Translations under genes and position numbers: made by a program
The notes under the pieces: generated by a model
Told to the model about the DNA's origin: nothing
The model's database searches: none
The model's input: the letters and a program-made list of their open reading frames with translations, nothing else
Shown: positions 30,434 through 40,003 of the stretch, one piece after another
Position numbering within the stretch: position 1 is the first letter of the stretch
How the letters are laid out: each line of letters opens with the position of its first letter
NCBI GenBank assembly: GCA_001820685.1
Contig: MHQP01000009.1
Span: forward strand, 808-64,807
From: Candidatus Sungbacteria bacterium RIFCSPLOWO2_01_FULL_47_32
Lineage (GTDB): Bacteria > Patescibacteriota > Minisyncoccia > Sungbacterales > GWA2-42-14
Direction: 5' to 3'
DNA length: 64,000 nt

Positions 30434-30592
30434 ATGTTTGGGCTTGTTGCCGTCGTTGTGGGTATGGTCGTGGTCTTTGTTGCCATATGATGTGGCGCAT
30501 CAACCGAGCTAACATATGGTCTTGCTATGGGATGGATGATTCTAGCCATAGCAGTATTCTCAGTAGTAAAGAAACACATAAAAAAATCTTAA
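30434..30592 (+). pseudogene. Two-TM small protein interrupted by an in-frame TGA
   Basis: TTGACA/TATACT promoter and GAGG SD. Translation MFGLVAVVVGMVVVFVAI*CGASTELTYGLAMGWMILAIAVFSVVKKHIKKS*, followed by a terminator. Confidence 0.55.
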
Positions 30593-30701
30593 ATCAGTAA
30601 GTTACCGCACGCTTAGCGTTGCGGTTTTTTGTTAGATGGCGAGAACAGATATAAACTTTGGTATTGAAAAATCGCTCGTTTAGGCTATCATTCTATACAT
30701 T

Positions 30702-32429
30702 ATGACCATTGAGGAAATCATAAAAAAAGCTGAAGTAAAGCTTACGCTTAACGACTCAGATAAAGAACGCATTATGCGCGCATTTGAATTTGCAAAAGCG
30801 GCTCACGGAGTGCAAAAGCGAAAATCGGGGGATTTGTATATTGAACATCCTCTTATGGTTGCGTATGGCGTTGCTGAAATGGGATTGGACGCCTCGGCAA
30901 TCGTGGCAGCCCTTCTCCACGACGTCTGCGAAGACACGACATGCGCCCCCGAGACGCTTGAGAAAAATTTTGGGAAAGATGTTTTGTTTTTGGTTGACGG
31001 CGTTACAAAACTCGACAAGATACGCTTCCACGGGACCGAACGCGAGGCCGAAAATCTCCGGAAGATGTTTCTTGCCATTGCCGAAGACATCCGCGTCGTT
31101 TTGATAAAACTCATGGACAGGCGCCACAACATGAAAACTCTTTCCTCTCTTCCTCCGGAAAAGCAAAAACGCATAGCTCTTGAAACGCTCGAGCTGTATG
31201 CACCGCTCGCGTATCGCCTTGGCATCGGAGAAATAAAAGGACAGCTTGAAGATCTTGCGTTCCCGTACGTATATCCGAAGGAACATGAGTGGCTTATAGA
31301 GCAGGTAAAAGACCCGTTGGTTCTGCGCCAAAAATATGCCGAACGCCTCATTCCTCTCGTGAAAAAAGAACTTGAGGCGGAAAACATCCACTATCGCGAT
31401 GTCCACGGCCGGGGCAAGCATTTATTCAGCCTGTACAAAAAACTCTTAAAATATGAAATGGATATCAATAAAATATTCGACCTTGTCGCGGTCAGAGTCG
31501 TTGTAGGAACCATTGAAGAGTGTTATGGCGCTCTGGGGGTTGTTCATAAGCTCTGGAGGCCTATGCCGGGGCTTGTAAAGGACTACATCGCTCTTCCCAA
31601 ACCGAACGGATACCGCTCCATTCACACAACAGTTTTCGGGCCGGAGGGAAGAGTAACCGAATTTCAGATACGGACGGAAGAAATGCATATTCAGGCCGAA
31701 CAGGGTATTGCCGCCCACTGGGCGTATTCCGAAAGCAAAAGCGGAAATATCTACCGCGAGCGGCAGACGGTTTTTGCCGACAAAAAACAGCTTGAGTGGG
31801 TAAATCAGCTTCGCGATTGGCAAAAAGAATTCAGGAATCCGGATGAATTTATAGAATCCCTCAAGATAGATTTTTTCAAAAACCGCATTTTCGTCTTAAC
31901 TCCCAAGGGGGACGTTATTGATCTTCCCGAGGGGGCAACGCCCGTGGATTTTGCGTATCAGGTGCACACAGACATCGGAAATCAGGCCGCAGGAGCGCGG
32001 GTAAACGCAAAAATGGTTCCGCTTGACCATGAACTCCACAATGGAGACGTTATCGAGGTTATTACGCAAAAAAATAAAAAGCCGAGTTCCGACTGGCTAA
32101 AATTCGTCAAGACAGCGGGCGCTAAAAAACGCATCCAGGTGGCTCTCCGCGAAACGCGTGAAGCCATAGCGTTCTCCCGGCGAGGCGGGCAAATGGTTGA
32201 ATTGAGGCTCGCGATAAAAGACAGAATAGGCCTCTTGAAGGATGTTTCGGAGATTGTCGCCGATTTTAAGATAAACATGAAAAGCATTACGAGCGAAACA
32301 AAGAACAGGCTTTATCCGCTTATCGTTATTCACGCTCCGTTTAAAAACAAGGAACAGCTTGAAAAAATGATGGTAAAGATGAAAAACATTACCGGTGTAG
32401 AAGAAGTGAGCTACACATTTATAAACTAA
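30702..32429 (+). CDS. rel: RelA/SpoT (p)ppGpp synthetase/hydrolase, short form (HD-SYNTH-TGS-ACT)
   Basis: LLHDV.ED, DR.HNM.TL, PKPNGYRSIHT, EFQIRT, GIAAHW, TPVDFAY and a C-terminal ACT domain DRIGLL.D. Confidence 0.93.
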   Translation: MTIEEIIKKAEVKLTLNDSDKERIMRAFEFAKAAHGVQKRKSGDLYIEHPLMVAYGVAEMGLDASAIVAALLHDVCEDTTCAPETLEKNFGKDVLFLVDGVTKLDKIRFHGTEREAENLRKMFLAIAEDIRVVLIKLMDRRHNMKTLSSLPPEKQKRIALETLELYAPLAYRLGIGEIKGQLEDLAFPYVYPKEHEWLIEQVKDPLVLRQKYAERLIPLVKKELEAENIHYRDVHGRGKHLFSLYKKLLKYEMDINKIFDLVAVRVVVGTIEECYGALGVVHKLWRPMPGLVKDYIALPKPNGYRSIHTTVFGPEGRVTEFQIRTEEMHIQAEQGIAAHWAYSESKSGNIYRERQTVFADKKQLEWVNQLRDWQKEFRNPDEFIESLKIDFFKNRIFVLTPKGDVIDLPEGATPVDFAYQVHTDIGNQAAGARVNAKMVPLDHELHNGDVIEVITQKNKKPSSDWLKFVKTAGAKKRIQVALRETREAIAFSRRGGQMVELRLAIKDRIGLLKDVSEIVADFKINMKSITSETKNRLYPLIVIHAPFKNKEQLEKMMVKMKNITGVEEVSYTFIN

Positions 32430-32481
32430 AAGGCGGCCCGTGGGCCACTTTTTCTTTGCGATTAAAAGGTTTCTGCTTCTT

Positions 32482-32769
32482 TTAAAGGCTGTCCAAGACT
32501 CTGTCGTTCGCAAAAACAATAAGCTCATCAACACTAATAATTTCTGTTTGTTTACCAATAAAATCAGACTCGGTTCCAAAAGCTTCAAAGCCCTCCCGCA
32601 TCATAATATAAATGAGCCTCTGAAGACCGTGTGGTGTTTCAGCGTTTTTTATTCTAATAACCTTTCCTACTATTTTTTGTCGGATATTACTGTCGTAAAA
32701 ACTCACCAATGTGCCCTTCCTAAGTTTTGTTTTTGCAGTCAGTTTTTTAGCCACTGGGATATTCCTCAT
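32482..32769 (-). CDS. Small hypothetical protein (possible SH3/KOW-like barrel)
   Basis: 95-aa ORF with its own promoter and boxA-like leader, flanked by hairpins. Confidence 0.55.
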   Translation of the reverse strand: MRNIPVAKKLTAKTKLRKGTLVSFYDSNIRQKIVGKVIRIKNAETPHGLQRLIYIMMREGFEAFGTESDFIGKQTEIISVDELIVFANDRVLDSL

Positions 32770-32822
32770 ACCATTTTTTCAAAGTTCGACACGGTTAAGC
32801 GTATCACACTATTTAATTAAGT

Positions 32823-32847
32823 AAAATCGGCCGTCAGGGGCCGATTT
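32823..32847 (-). terminator. Terminator, similar to 33355-33376
   Basis: aaaatcggcc-gtcagg-ggccgattt. Confidence 0.7.
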
Positions 32848-32855
32848 ATTTTGTC

Positions 32856-33287
32856 TTATTTTTCTTCCTTTTTACTCTCCATGCTGATCTTTTGTCGTTT
32901 GATGGCAAATGTTTTTTCAATTGTCGGTTGAGTATAACCATCTTTGTCTACTTCAGACCTCATGATTTTGATGGAAACAAAGCTTCCTTCCGGCCCGCGA
33001 ATACTATCGACAACTTCTTCAACCTCAACAAAAGCAAGACTTTTTCCATTAATCTCAAACAAAATATCACCAACTTGAATACCGGCATGGTCCGCGGGGC
33101 CTCCTAGCAACACAGAAACAACATAATAGTAATTTTTTGGTTCTGATTTGTTACCCTTATCATCTTCAAAGGACATTGAATATCCTTTCAGTCTAATTCC
33201 GATGCCGATAAATTCTTCTGCAAAAGCCGCAACAGTGAAGGAAACAAGCATAGTTGCCAGCATGAGCAAAAGGGCTTTTTTAAGCAC
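32856..33287 (-). CDS. Secreted stand-alone PDZ-domain protein (CtpA-like PDZ)
   Basis: Signal peptide, FIGIGI, GGPA..AGI..GD.L.EING and IRGPEGS.V. Confidence 0.85.
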   Translation of the reverse strand: MLKKALLLMLATMLVSFTVAAFAEEFIGIGIRLKGYSMSFEDDKGNKSEPKNYYYVVSVLLGGPADHAGIQVGDILFEINGKSLAFVEVEEVVDSIRGPEGSFVSIKIMRSEVDKDGYTQPTIEKTFAIKRQKISMESKKEEK

Positions 33288-33416
33288 TTTCTTCTCCAGT
33301 GTTGTTTAGGAACTGTGTGTGCAGTCTATCGTGTTTATTACCTTTTGTCAAATAAAATCGGCCGAAGGGCCGATTCGTGGCAAACTAACCAACTCACAAA
33401 CTAATCAACTAAGAAT

Positions 33417-34535
33417 CTACGCTTCGCGTATCATTTTTTCGAGTATGGACCTCAATTCTTCGTCGGAATAAAATTCCACAACAATTTTTCCTTTCCCCCC
33501 GTCCATTTTAACGAGAGAGACGCGCGTCCCCAAAAACTCTTCAAGCTGTCGTTGCCATTCGCGGTCTCCAAACTCAAGCCGCGTTACATCTTTTCTTTGG
33601 GGAACTCTGCGGTGCCCTAAAAGAGCCCGTGCCGCAAATTCCGCTTCGCGGACATTCAGTTTTGTCCGCGCGATCTCTTCAAGCAGGATGCGCTGTTTTG
33701 AAGCGTCTCCCGAAAGCATCAAAAGAGCCCTGGCATGCCCCTCCGAAAGCTGGCTCGCTCTGACTTGCTCCTGAATGTTGTCGGGGAGTGTCAAAAGCCG
33801 CATGCTGTTCGTAACGTATTCACGGGATTTCCCGACTTTTTCTGCAATCTCTTTTTGCGTGAGGCGGAAGTCGTCGGCAAGCTGTTTGAACGCCACCGCG
33901 CGTTCAATGGGATTTAAGTCTTCTCTTTGGACATTCTCAATGAGGGCAAGTTCAAGCTTCAGACGATCGTGGAGTTTGTCTTTTTTTATAATGATCGGAA
34001 CTTCGCGGAGTCCCGCAAGCTGTGACGCCCGCCAGCGCCGTTCTCCGGCAATAAGCTGGTAGCGGACGGCAAGGCCTCGGGAAGTTTCTTCTTCTATTTT
34101 TGTGACCAAAAGAGGCTGAAGAATTCCGTAATTTTTTATGGAATCCGCAAGAGTTTTAAGGCCTTCCTCCTCAAAGACGCGGCGTGGCTGGAAAGGGTTT
34201 GGCTCTATCTTTGAAGCTTCTATCCAAAAAATACTATCCGCTTGTTTTGAGTTTTTTGACTCTGGCTGACTCGGAACGGCATATTCATACGTTTTTTTTG
34301 CGACGACCGCGGCCGGCGGTGTTTTTATTTGGGACGGCTCGGAGGTGGCTGTTTGTATTCGTATCCCTTTATACTTCAGCAATGAAACATCTCCTGCAAG
34401 GCTAATACTATGTACCGGCTCTTCAAGATTTTCCTGGAATGCCAAAATATCGTCGGCGTGGAACCGGCTTTTTTGCTTGTTTTCGCTATTGTCTTGTGGA
34501 ATGAGGGATTCCAAACCCCGTCCGAGAGGAGCCAT
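33417..34535 (-). CDS. parB: ParB/Spo0J partition protein
   Basis: LGRGL, NPFQPR, GILQP, AGERRWRA, ENVQREDLN.IE, HTH and SEGHAR. Confidence 0.95.
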   Translation of the reverse strand: MAPLGRGLESLIPQDNSENKQKSRFHADDILAFQENLEEPVHSISLAGDVSLLKYKGIRIQTATSEPSQIKTPPAAVVAKKTYEYAVPSQPESKNSKQADSIFWIEASKIEPNPFQPRRVFEEEGLKTLADSIKNYGILQPLLVTKIEEETSRGLAVRYQLIAGERRWRASQLAGLREVPIIIKKDKLHDRLKLELALIENVQREDLNPIERAVAFKQLADDFRLTQKEIAEKVGKSREYVTNSMRLLTLPDNIQEQVRASQLSEGHARALLMLSGDASKQRILLEEIARTKLNVREAEFAARALLGHRRVPQRKDVTRLEFGDREWQRQLEEFLGTRVSLVKMDGGKGKIVVEFYSDEELRSILEKMIREA

Positions 34536-34556
34536 GTACAATAATTTAAAATTATA

Positions 34557-34610
34557 AATGCTGAATGCTAAATACTAACTAAAATTCTAATTTCTAAATC
34601 CTAAATTCTC
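34557..34610. repeat. Degenerate heptamer tandem repeat
   Basis: aatgctg aatgcta aatacta ... aattcta atttcta aatccta aattctc. Confidence 0.7.
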
Positions 34611-34611
34611 A

Positions 34612-35406
34612 TTATCGGGAATATGATTTTGGGTCTGCGGAAATTTTTTCGAGCTTCAGTATCTCTTCCGCGAGCCTCCGGTACGCTTTTGCTCCGTGGC
34701 TGTACGGGTCATACTGCAGGACGGATTTTCCGAAACTGGGTGCCTCCGCCAGGCTGACATTCCGCGGAATGACGGTATCGAAGACATATCCAGGAAATTT
34801 TTGGTTTATTTCTTTTACGACCGCGCGGTGAAGCCTGGATTTTCGGTCATACATCGTAAGGAGCGCTCCCATAACTTCTATCTTTGTTTTCAGATTGCTA
34901 TTTATAAGATTAATTGTTTTTAAAAGTTCGGCAAGCCCTTCAAGCGAATAATATTCGCATTGAGCCGGGATGATGACTTTATGCGCGGCGGTCAGGGCAT
35001 TTAGTGTAAGCAGTCCGAGTGAAGGAGGAGAATCGATAACGATATAATCGTAGTCGTCGGCAAGCTCTTTTAAGGCATCGCGGAGCCTGAATTCCCTTTT
35101 TTTCTCGGAGACGAGCTCTATGGACGCTCCCGCAAGGTCGCCCGCCGCAGGAAGCACGTCAAGGCCGAGGATTTTCGTTCGTTTTATTGCAAGCTTTGTG
35201 TCTTTCGGATTTATCAGGGCGTGATAGACGGTCTGTTTAAGGGTTTTTGAGGAGATGCCCGCTCCCGATGTCGCGTTCCCTTGCGGGTCGATATCAACCA
35301 AAAGCACCCGCTTTCCGAATGCCCGGAGATATGCCGCGGTGTTGACTGCGGTCGTTGTTTTTCCTACACCGCCCTTTTGATTGCAAAATGTGATGATTCT
35401 TGTCAT
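34612..35406 (-). CDS. parA: ParA/Soj ATPase
   Basis: NQKGGVGKTT, DIDPQGNAT, DSPPSLG and LAEAPSFG. Confidence 0.96.
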   Translation of the reverse strand: MTRIITFCNQKGGVGKTTTAVNTAAYLRAFGKRVLLVDIDPQGNATSGAGISSKTLKQTVYHALINPKDTKLAIKRTKILGLDVLPAAGDLAGASIELVSEKKREFRLRDALKELADDYDYIVIDSPPSLGLLTLNALTAAHKVIIPAQCEYYSLEGLAELLKTINLINSNLKTKIEVMGALLTMYDRKSRLHRAVVKEINQKFPGYVFDTVIPRNVSLAEAPSFGKSVLQYDPYSHGAKAYRRLAEEILKLEKISADPKSYSR

Positions 35407-35453
35407 AAAAGACCTTCTCATTATACTCGATTTTAAGCCAATTTACAAGGGAT

Positions 35454-35547
35454 GCTCGAAACGTAATAAATTTTTAACGCCTTTATTGTATATTCTTTGC
35501 TGATCCCACCGCCAGCCCGATTAAAAATTTATTCCGTTTCTCGCTTA
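35454..35547 (+). repeat. Dispersed hairpin element, copy 5
   Basis: 20-nt arms (35458-35477 / 35521-35540, one mismatch) around a 43-nt core. Flanks GCTC and TCGCTTA. Confidence 0.9.
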
Positions 35548-35660
35548 AACATTCCGATAGGAAATGAGCGTTTTTGAGCCAATCATGCCTCGCTTAGGGA
35601 TTCCTAAAGGAAAGATTTGAAATTTGCTGTATTTTATGGTAAATTTGTCTTGAAATATAC

Positions 35661-35743
35661 GGGCGAGTGGCGGAATGGCAGACGCAATGGACTCAAAATC
35701 CATCGGGGGCAACCCCATGAGAGTTCGACTCTCTCCTCGCCCA
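35661..35743 (+). tRNA. tRNA-Leu(CAA)
   Basis: Acceptor GGGCGAG/CTCGCCC plus discriminator A. Anticodon arm ATGGA-CTCAAAA-TCCAT, long variable arm, T loop TTCGACT. CCA is not encoded after the discriminator. Confidence 0.95.
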
Positions 35744-35756
35744 TAAAATTTTAAAA

Positions 35757-36518
35757 ATGATGGATAAAGAACATATTTCTAGCCCCGAACAAAAAGAGCA
35801 AATTCCCTATAACATTCTGGGGAAAATTAGCATTATGCGGCATGGAGCTACTGAATACACGGAGCAGTACCCCGACCTTACGGACTTGGGGGCAGAGCAA
35901 ATTACAATTCAGGCAAAAAAACTGAAAGAAAAAATTGACCAAGAAAAAGAAGATGTTTTTATCGCGTCATCCCCTGCGGCACGAGCACGAGGCAGTGCTG
36001 ATATTGTAAGGACAGAGCTTGGCGGTAGAGAAACAAGAGTTATGCGGAGCATGCGCGGAGTTCAGATTCGAAACCGCGAAGAGGCCATGAGGATGATTCA
36101 GGAAATTATCGGACCCGATAAAGATGTAAAGAAAATGGATAGAGCATATGCCCACGACCCCCAATTTGAAGAGCGGGTTGATGTGTGGGAACCTCGTTCA
36201 AATATCGAGAAGCGATTTTTTAATGGATTTGAACATTTAGTTCGTGTATTTAATAAATATAATGAAACGAATTCGCAAAAAATCGCGCACTTTGTCGGAG
36301 TTTCCCATTTTGAGCTTCTAAATCATCTTGTAAAAAGAGTGTTCCATCTCGATAGCCCGGAGGCGGATCAGCTTAATTTTGGCGAAATGATTGAGATGAC
36401 CGTTCTTGGGGCAAGAGAGGAACATCACATTCCTATACTCATAACATTTCGTGGTAAAACAAAAGAAATCGTTTTTGATAGGAACACAAAAGCGATTGAA
36501 ATAACAAAAGAAGATTAA
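35757..36518 (+). CDS. Histidine phosphatase family protein
   Basis: MRHG, SSP..RA..SA and VSH. Confidence 0.8.
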   Translation: MMDKEHISSPEQKEQIPYNILGKISIMRHGATEYTEQYPDLTDLGAEQITIQAKKLKEKIDQEKEDVFIASSPAARARGSADIVRTELGGRETRVMRSMRGVQIRNREEAMRMIQEIIGPDKDVKKMDRAYAHDPQFEERVDVWEPRSNIEKRFFNGFEHLVRVFNKYNETNSQKIAHFVGVSHFELLNHLVKRVFHLDSPEADQLNFGEMIEMTVLGAREEHHIPILITFRGKTKEIVFDRNTKAIEITKED

Positions 36519-37525
36519 TGGACTCAGATACTGATAAAAAAATTATCAGCGCGTTTCTTAAGGGATCAGTGCTGGGTCTTGCGGAAGAAGGTACGTCTGC
36601 AGAGTATATTCAAACCCAAATTTCTCATATTTTCCTATATTCTCATACGGTTTATAAATTATACCGCCGCGATAACGAAAATTTTAACGCTCTTTTTGCC
36701 GATCTTTCGGGTGAAAAAAGAGCGGATTTTTATAAAGAAGACTTTTTTTATAACCACTATTTTAACCCGGCGGTGTATAAAAAGCTTGTCGGTGTGCTCG
36801 TCCATGACAACGAGGTTATTCTCACGGAAGCCAGCGCCGGGCTTGATTGGGCAATCGAAATGGCCCGGATTGACGCGGCAGAGAATTTAACAGCCTTATT
36901 GATCCATGGCTCTCTTAAAGAAGATGATTTTCGGAGTATCGGGTATCAAATGACAAAAACCCTTGCAGAATTTCCTCGTAAGTCGGATACAAAAAATAAT
37001 TGGTATGCAATAATGAAGGCCAATTTTGAAGATAACGAAAGTTTTGTGTACCTTGCCGACCCGTTGATAAAAAAAGACGACACAAGAAAAGTTCTAGAAG
37101 TTTTAAAAAATTATTTCGAAAATGGGAAGGAAAGATTTGTTAACATGACAGGAGAACAGCTTATTTGCGCCATCGATAACCACTCCGATAATGTATTTTA
37201 TAACGGAGGCGAGGTCTCGTTTATTGATGTCTATCTGCCAAAAGAAAATTGGCGTATGATTGACCCGTTTTATGCAGTCTGCCGGCTTTCCGCGGATGTT
37301 TTGGTTTTGGGAGGAAATACATATGCCGAAGCTCTTATCTCAGGGTACGAAGACTATTATGGAAACGACAAGACCAGTAGGAGCATTCAGCTTTTTTATC
37401 AACTTGATGGCGCACTCATAAAAGCGGCTTATTTATATATAATAGGGAAAGATAGCGGAAAAAGGTTAAATGAGGCAGAAAAATATTGGCAATTTATTAT
37501 GAGCTCGATTTCGGAGTTAAAGTAG
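36518..37525 (+). CDS. APH/kinase-like protein (COG2187 N-terminal-like, no AAA domain)
   Basis: IQTQISHIFL...VYKL, D.H.DNV, FID and R.ID motifs. Confidence 0.65.
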   Translation: MDSDTDKKIISAFLKGSVLGLAEEGTSAEYIQTQISHIFLYSHTVYKLYRRDNENFNALFADLSGEKRADFYKEDFFYNHYFNPAVYKKLVGVLVHDNEVILTEASAGLDWAIEMARIDAAENLTALLIHGSLKEDDFRSIGYQMTKTLAEFPRKSDTKNNWYAIMKANFEDNESFVYLADPLIKKDDTRKVLEVLKNYFENGKERFVNMTGEQLICAIDNHSDNVFYNGGEVSFIDVYLPKENWRMIDPFYAVCRLSADVLVLGGNTYAEALISGYEDYYGNDKTSRSIQLFYQLDGALIKAAYLYIIGKDSGKRLNEAEKYWQFIMSSISELK

Positions 37526-37567
37526 AAAAGACACCTGACACCTATTACAAAATAATAAACTAAAAAT

Positions 37568-38031
37568 ATGACCATTGAGTTCTCTAGGAAGTTAATTAAG
37601 GGTCGGATTGTTGAAGTTATTTTTGAACAAATGATTCGCGAAGAAGGTAGATATACCGTGATTCCTTTTGGCTATGAACATACAATGCCGACACTTGCGC
37701 AGTATAGGAATATTTCAGAAGTCCCAAATGTAATCGATAATATTTCAGATGCCCCTGATTTCGCACTTATTTCAGAAGATAAGACAAAACTCTTTCTTGT
37801 AGAGGTAAAGTATCAGAGGACTCTTGATATTGAAGAATTAAGTACATGTGGGAAAAAATTACTTGATCGACGGGAGTCTCCTTGGGTTTTTGTTGCAACG
37901 CCAAATGGTTTTTATTGCGCACCATGTAGTTCTGTTTGCAGAGAAAATAAAATAGGCGAGTTGTCAAAAACTGGGTTACAGTGGAACGTCAAGCAGACTA
38001 TTTAAAATTGCTTAACGAGTTTGAAAAATAA
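37568..38031 (+). CDS. PD-(D/E)xK endonuclease-like protein; C-terminus probably frameshifted at the A5 run 37966-37970
   Basis: KG...E, PDF and LVEVKY. The -1 frame gives a helical end NWVTVERQADYLKLLNEFEK*. Confidence 0.7.
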
Positions 38032-38119
38032 TTTCTACCTAAAGTTGGGTCAGGAGCCCTTTCTGTGCTGATAGGGACAAAAACATTAAATTGTCAAAGT
38101 GCCCAGCTGAAAATATTTT

Positions 38120-38566
38120 ATGAGTATTGAGCAAAAAGACACATATTTTGTGGCTGTAAAAATATTCCTGCAGAAGGACGGAAAACTTTTGATATTGAAA
38201 GATAACTTCGGCGACTGGGATTTGCCCGGCGGAAGGATAAAAAAAGACGAATTTGAAAAGCCGTTAGACGAGATTATAAAAAGAAAAATGTCCGAAGAAT
38301 TGGGCAATGATATTACATATGCTATCGGCAAACCTGTTGTCTTTTTAAGGCACGAAAGAGTTGAAGCATCTCCGGGGAATCCTACCGTGAGGATATTTGC
38401 TATTGGGTACGAGGGGGCGCTCGAAAGCGGAGAAGTTAAGACTTCGGAAAGACATCCGGAAATGCTTTGGGTAGATCTGTTTAGCTTCAGGCCAGAAGAT
38501 TATTTTAAGGGAGGCTGGCTTAAGGGTGTTCAAGAATATTTATCTATTGTACGAACACAACAATGA
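38120..38566 (+). CDS. NUDIX hydrolase
   Basis: WDLPGG.....E......IKRKMSEELG, a variant NUDIX box. Confidence 0.85.
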   Translation: MSIEQKDTYFVAVKIFLQKDGKLLILKDNFGDWDLPGGRIKKDEFEKPLDEIIKRKMSEELGNDITYAIGKPVVFLRHERVEASPGNPTVRIFAIGYEGALESGEVKTSERHPEMLWVDLFSFRPEDYFKGGWLKGVQEYLSIVRTQQ

Positions 38567-39024
38567 AGCTTCTTATACCAAATTCCGAGACAATTGAGCT
38601 GAAGACCTTAATTTTGGACCTTAACGGCACGCTTACTCTGCAAGGCAGGATAATAGAGGGCGTAGGAGAAAGACTTGCTAAGATAAGAGAAAAAGGGTTA
38701 AGGATATTTTTGCTTTCCGGAGATACCCGTGGGAACGCAAAGGAAGTTGCCGATGAATTGAATATAGAACTGGTAAAAGCTTCTACCGGGGAAGAAAAGC
38801 GGACAGTGGCTTTGGAACTGGATCCGACAACATGTGCTGCGGTCGGCAACGGGCTGATAGATGCCGCTCTTTTTCATGTAGTGAAGCTTTCTATTGCCGT
38901 CATGCAAGCAGAGGGCGTCCACACAAAATCTTTAATGGAAGCGGATATTGTGGTTCCATCCATTCTGAACGCCTTAGATATCCTCATTGACGAAAATAGT
39001 CTTATTGCAACTCTGCGGCCGTAG
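38563..39024 (+). CDS. HAD family soluble P-type ATPase-like phosphatase
   Basis: DLNGT, SGDT.G, a conserved K and GNG.ID. Confidence 0.85.
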   Translation: MKLLIPNSETIELKTLILDLNGTLTLQGRIIEGVGERLAKIREKGLRIFLLSGDTRGNAKEVADELNIELVKASTGEEKRTVALELDPTTCAAVGNGLIDAALFHVVKLSIAVMQAEGVHTKSLMEADIVVPSILNALDILIDENSLIATLRP

Positions 39025-39055
39025 GTTACTTTCGGTCGAGAACCAACTACGCATA

Positions 39056-39973
39056 ATGAATGAAAAACAAGATACAAACCATACACGAGAGGGGGTAATT
39101 TTAATATTGCTGTCCTCCGTTATGTTTGGCAGTTATGGAGTTTGGTCAAAACTCATTGGCAGCTCTTTCGGGGTCTTCTATCAGGGCTGGGTACGAGCAC
39201 TGCTTATTTCTCTCGCGCTTTTCCCAATCCTCCTCTTTACTAAAAAGATTGTTTCTTTTGAACGAAATGACCGGAAGTGGCTCGCTATTTTTTTGATATT
39301 TACGTCTTTTACCACCGCACCCATCTACTACGCCTTCACGCACATGGACCTTAGCGCTGCATATCTGCTCTTTTTTGTCGGAGTAATACTTACCATGTAT
39401 ATCGTTGGGTTCACGCTGTTTCGAGAAAAAATAACGAAGATAAAATTGATTGCTCTTATTACCGCATGCCTCGGACTCTACGCGGTCTTTTCGTTTTCCG
39501 CAGATACCTTTACTCCTCTTGCCGCGTGTATGGCATTTCTGAACGGTATTGCCAGTGGCGGTGAAATAGCGTTTTCTAAAAAGCTATCCGGGTCATATTC
39601 CCCATTATATCTCTCATGGCTTAGCTGGATTGCCATTCTTGTTACAAACGGCATCATGTCTCTTGCGGCGGGCGAGATACAGCACGTTCCCTCATTTGAT
39701 ATGGCGTGGTTCTACCTCGTTGCCTATGCTACAACCGGGATTATCGGCTTTTGGTTGGTGCTTAAGGGCATACAATACCTGGAAAGCAGTATTGGAAGCC
39801 TGCTTACTCCTCTCGAAGTAGTATTTGGAATTCTTTTTGGAATCGTCATCTTCAACGAGTCTTTAACCTTTCGAGTGGTTTTGGGAGGATTGTTAATTAT
39901 CGTTGCGGCCATTCTTCCTCATCTTCATAAAATAATCAGTTCGGGTCGTGTCCCGACAGCCAGTTTGAGATAG
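39056..39973 (+). CDS. EamA/DMT transporter
   Basis: About 10 TM helices in two repeats; LFREKI and LE.VF...FG...FNE. Confidence 0.85.
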   Translation: MNEKQDTNHTREGVILILLSSVMFGSYGVWSKLIGSSFGVFYQGWVRALLISLALFPILLFTKKIVSFERNDRKWLAIFLIFTSFTTAPIYYAFTHMDLSAAYLLFFVGVILTMYIVGFTLFREKITKIKLIALITACLGLYAVFSFSADTFTPLAACMAFLNGIASGGEIAFSKKLSGSYSPLYLSWLSWIAILVTNGIMSLAAGEIQHVPSFDMAWFYLVAYATTGIIGFWLVLKGIQYLESSIGSLLTPLEVVFGILFGIVIFNESLTFRVVLGGLLIIVAAILPHLHKIISSGRVPTASLR

Positions 39974-40003
39974 GTTTAAAGTGCGAAAAGCATTTAAATA
40001 CAT

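Noticed and set aside
30349-30579. Minus-strand 76-aa ORF
   Set aside because: Promoter, SD and terminator all support the plus-strand interrupted ORF at 30434-30592 instead.
32430-35660. Switch of core-gene orientation from + to - near parAB as a replication origin or terminus
   Set aside because: GC skew cannot be computed here, and I recognised no dif or parS site. The orientation change alone is insufficient.
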